A stretch of 64,000 nucleotides of DNA. Origin: an uncultured Pedosphaera sp. (GTDB lineage: Bacteria; Verrucomicrobiota; Verrucomicrobiia; Limisphaerales; Pedosphaeraceae). The position numbers and the translations under genes are program-made. The notes under the pieces are model-generated. The model did not search any database. It was not told the origin of the DNA and saw only the letters and a list, made by a program, of their open reading frames with translations. The DNA is taken from assembly GCA_903930565.1 (NCBI GenBank), contig CAIYZC010000357.1:4728-68727 (forward strand). Direction: 5' to 3'. Below are positions 61,975 through 64,000 of the stretch, piece after piece (within the stretch, counting starts at the first letter, position 1; each line of letters begins with the position of its first letter).

Positions 61975-64000
61975 TTGAAACTGAACGTGATCAACCCGGG
62001 GGCCCGCCGCCGTGGAGTGGCGGCAACCCTGCTGGCGGTCGCCTGGATTCTCCTCGCGCCCGGTCCCTTGCGGGCGGGGCCGCCGGCCCGCTACAGCGTG
62101 GCCAATTGGGGGCCGGAGCAGGGGTTGCGCTCCAGCGCCGTCATATCTCTGCTCCAATCCGCGGACGGCTATTTGTGGCTGGGCACGGTGAAGGGGTTGA
62201 TTCGTTTCGATGGGGTGCATTTTACGCCTTTTCAATCCGAGGACGCCCCGTGGTTGAACAACAGCACCGTGGTGCGGCTGTTCGAGGACCGGCGCCAACG
62301 GCTCTGGATCGGCACCGCGGGGGACGGCGTCGCGGTGGTGCGGGAAGGCTTGGTGACCCGGCTGGACCTCGGCCCGGCGGCCCGCACGCGGGAAGGGCGG
62401 CTGGCGGCGGCCGGTGAAGCGGCGGACGGCGCGGTGTGGCTGGCCACCGCCGACGGCCTCCTGGTGCGCCACGCGGAGGAAACGACGCGGGAAATCCTGG
62501 CCCGGCGCGGGGGCGAAGGCAAATTCCCGGAAGTGATGAGTACTCCGGACGGGGAGCTTTGGGTCTGCCGGGGGTTGGAATTGTCCACGGTGCGACCCGG
62601 GGCGTCCGCCGCCGCGGACGTTCTGCAACCGCGCTTGACCCTGCCCGAGGGGCGGCGGCCGGACTACCTCCTGCCGTGCGCCGCCGGGGGCTTTTGGTTG
62701 ATCGCCGGGCCGAACGTCTGGCGGTTGGGGACGAATGGCGAGGCGCGCGTCTTCGCCGCCTGCCCTTGGCGCCCCTATCCCAATCAAGTGACCTGCGCCT
62801 GCGAAGACCGGGACGGCCATCTGGTGGTGGGGACCTCGCAGGAGGGGGTCTTTTGGTTTGACGGCGTCGGGACGCACCGGCAGTTCTCGACGGCGCGCGA
62901 CCTGCCTTTGAATTACATCCTGGCCTTGTGTGTGGACCGCGAGGGCAGTCTGTGGATCGGGATGGACGGCGGCGGGGTGAGCCGGATCACCGCGCAGACC
63001 TTTCATGTGCTGGAGGCCCTGGGTTCGAAAACGGTCCAATCCGTGTGCGAGGATCCGGCGGGCGGCCTGTGGTTGGGGATCTTTGGCGGCGGGGTTTACC
63101 ATTATCAAAACGAGGTTTTGGCCCAGGTGGGCCTCCGGCAGGGTGAGTTGGAGCGGCATTTGAATGTCGCGGCGGTCCAGGTGGATCCCGGCGGCATCCC
63201 GTGGGTGGCCATCCAGTCGCGCCCCGGGCATGGCTTGCTGTTGCAGGCCCGGGAAGGGGGCATCTGGCGGGTGCCCGGGTTTGGGGAAATCGGCGAGATT
63301 TCGGGCCTGTTCACCGATCACACCGGCCGGTTGTGGGTGGCCACCCGCCAAGGCCTGGGCCTTGGTTCCAAGGCAATTGGGAGTTGTACACCACCCGGCA
63401 GGGTTTGTCCGCCGACGATGTGCGCGCCCTGGCGGAAGATGCCGCGGGCGGCCTGTGGGTCGGCACGCGCGGCGGTGGGCTGAATTACTTCAAGGACGGC
63501 AAGTTCACCGCCTACCACCGGCAGGAGCCGGACGGACTGCCGGGGGAGGACATCACCTCCCTCTGCCGGGACGCGGACGGCGTTCTCTGGGCGGGGACGC
63601 CCGGGCAGGGCTTGGCGCGCTACGCCGGCGGCAAGTGGAGCCGCTGCACGACCCGCGAGGGCCTGGCCAGCAATAACCTCGGCTATCTGCTCGATGATCC
63701 GCAGGGCAACCTGTGGCTGGGCTCGGACCTGGGCTTGTTGCGCGTGCCGCGGAAGGCCCTGGCGGACCTGGCGGAGCACCGCACCAACGCCGTGCCGTGC
63801 AGTGTTTACGGCAAGGCCGACGGCCTGCCCACGCCGGAATGCACCCAGGATTCCCAACCCGGGCCGTGCCGCACCCGGGACGGCACGCTGTGGTTTCCGA
63901 CGACGAAAGGGCTGGCGGGCGTGAATCCGGCCGACCTCCGGCCCAACACCAACCCGCCGCCGGTGGTCATTGAATCCGTCCTGATCGACGATGTGGAGCA
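61975..64000 (+). pseudogene. Beta-propeller (Reg_prop repeat) ligand-binding sensor protein, apparently frameshifted near 63361; 3' end outside window
   Basis: Repeats of 'D..G.LW(I/V)GT..GL' run through frame 1 (61975-63361). They continue without interruption in frame 0 from 63363: 'WFQGNWELYTTRQGLSADDVRALAEDAAGGLWVGTRGGGLNYF...'. Frame 1 decays into non-homologous sequence and stops at 63483. Start is TTG 61975 or GTG 61987. Confidence 0.65.

Overview
High-GC chromosomal segment with the hallmarks of a PVC-superphylum genome, most likely Verrucomicrobiota. The evidence is a PSCyt1/DUF1549/DUF1553 + DUF1501 gene pair, a prepilin-type pseudopilin, giant PA14/LamG/Ig secreted proteins and a eukaryote-type HisA. 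I call about 45 protein-coding genes and see no rRNA, tRNA, CRISPR array, transposase or prophage. Many long ORFs in the track are GC-driven antisense shadows of real genes and are not called.

Gene content, left to right:
- 1-10.8 kb: a translationally coupled MoxR / DUF58 / BatA-type vWA cluster.
- 10.8-12.15 kb: a 1.3 kb non-coding region carrying a sigma70-like promoter, a palindrome and a tandemly repeated structured leader.
- 12.15-24.2 kb: an operon-like PVC-specific cluster of pseudopilin, 1809-aa PA14/Ig/LamG protein, PSCyt-DUF1553, DUF1501, Cys-less rhodanese and class-II-like cytochrome c.
- 24.37-24.83 kb: a second copy of the same promoter/palindrome/leader module.
- 24.8-30.9 kb: M14-like protein, CysK, Family 2A encapsulin shell, N-terminally extended cysteine desulfurase cargo, CysE.
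- 31-36 kb: two secreted proteins (PAP2/vanadium-haloperoxidase-like, and an 837-aa unknown).
- 36-46 kb: housekeeping genes (YfhO-like, lepB, nadA, hisA, a divergent EF-P paralog, htrA, ispE).
- 46.3-48.8 kb: a GMC-flavoprotein::SDR fusion.
- 48.9-56.3 kb: the nusA-infB-rbfA-nrnA-truB-ribF block.
- 56.3-64 kb: a BSP-type metallopeptidase, three consecutive Fem/GNAT-like transferases (two are a recent tandem duplication), a DsbA-like SxxC protein, and a beta-propeller sensor gene with an apparent frameshift that runs off the window.

The most interesting signals are (a) the Family 2A encapsulin sulfur module and (b) the near-identical promoter-operator-leader module placed in front of both large operons. 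The second suggests one regulon linking a PVC-specific envelope cluster to the encapsulin/cysteine cluster.

All functional calls come from motif recognition by eye. No database search was run.
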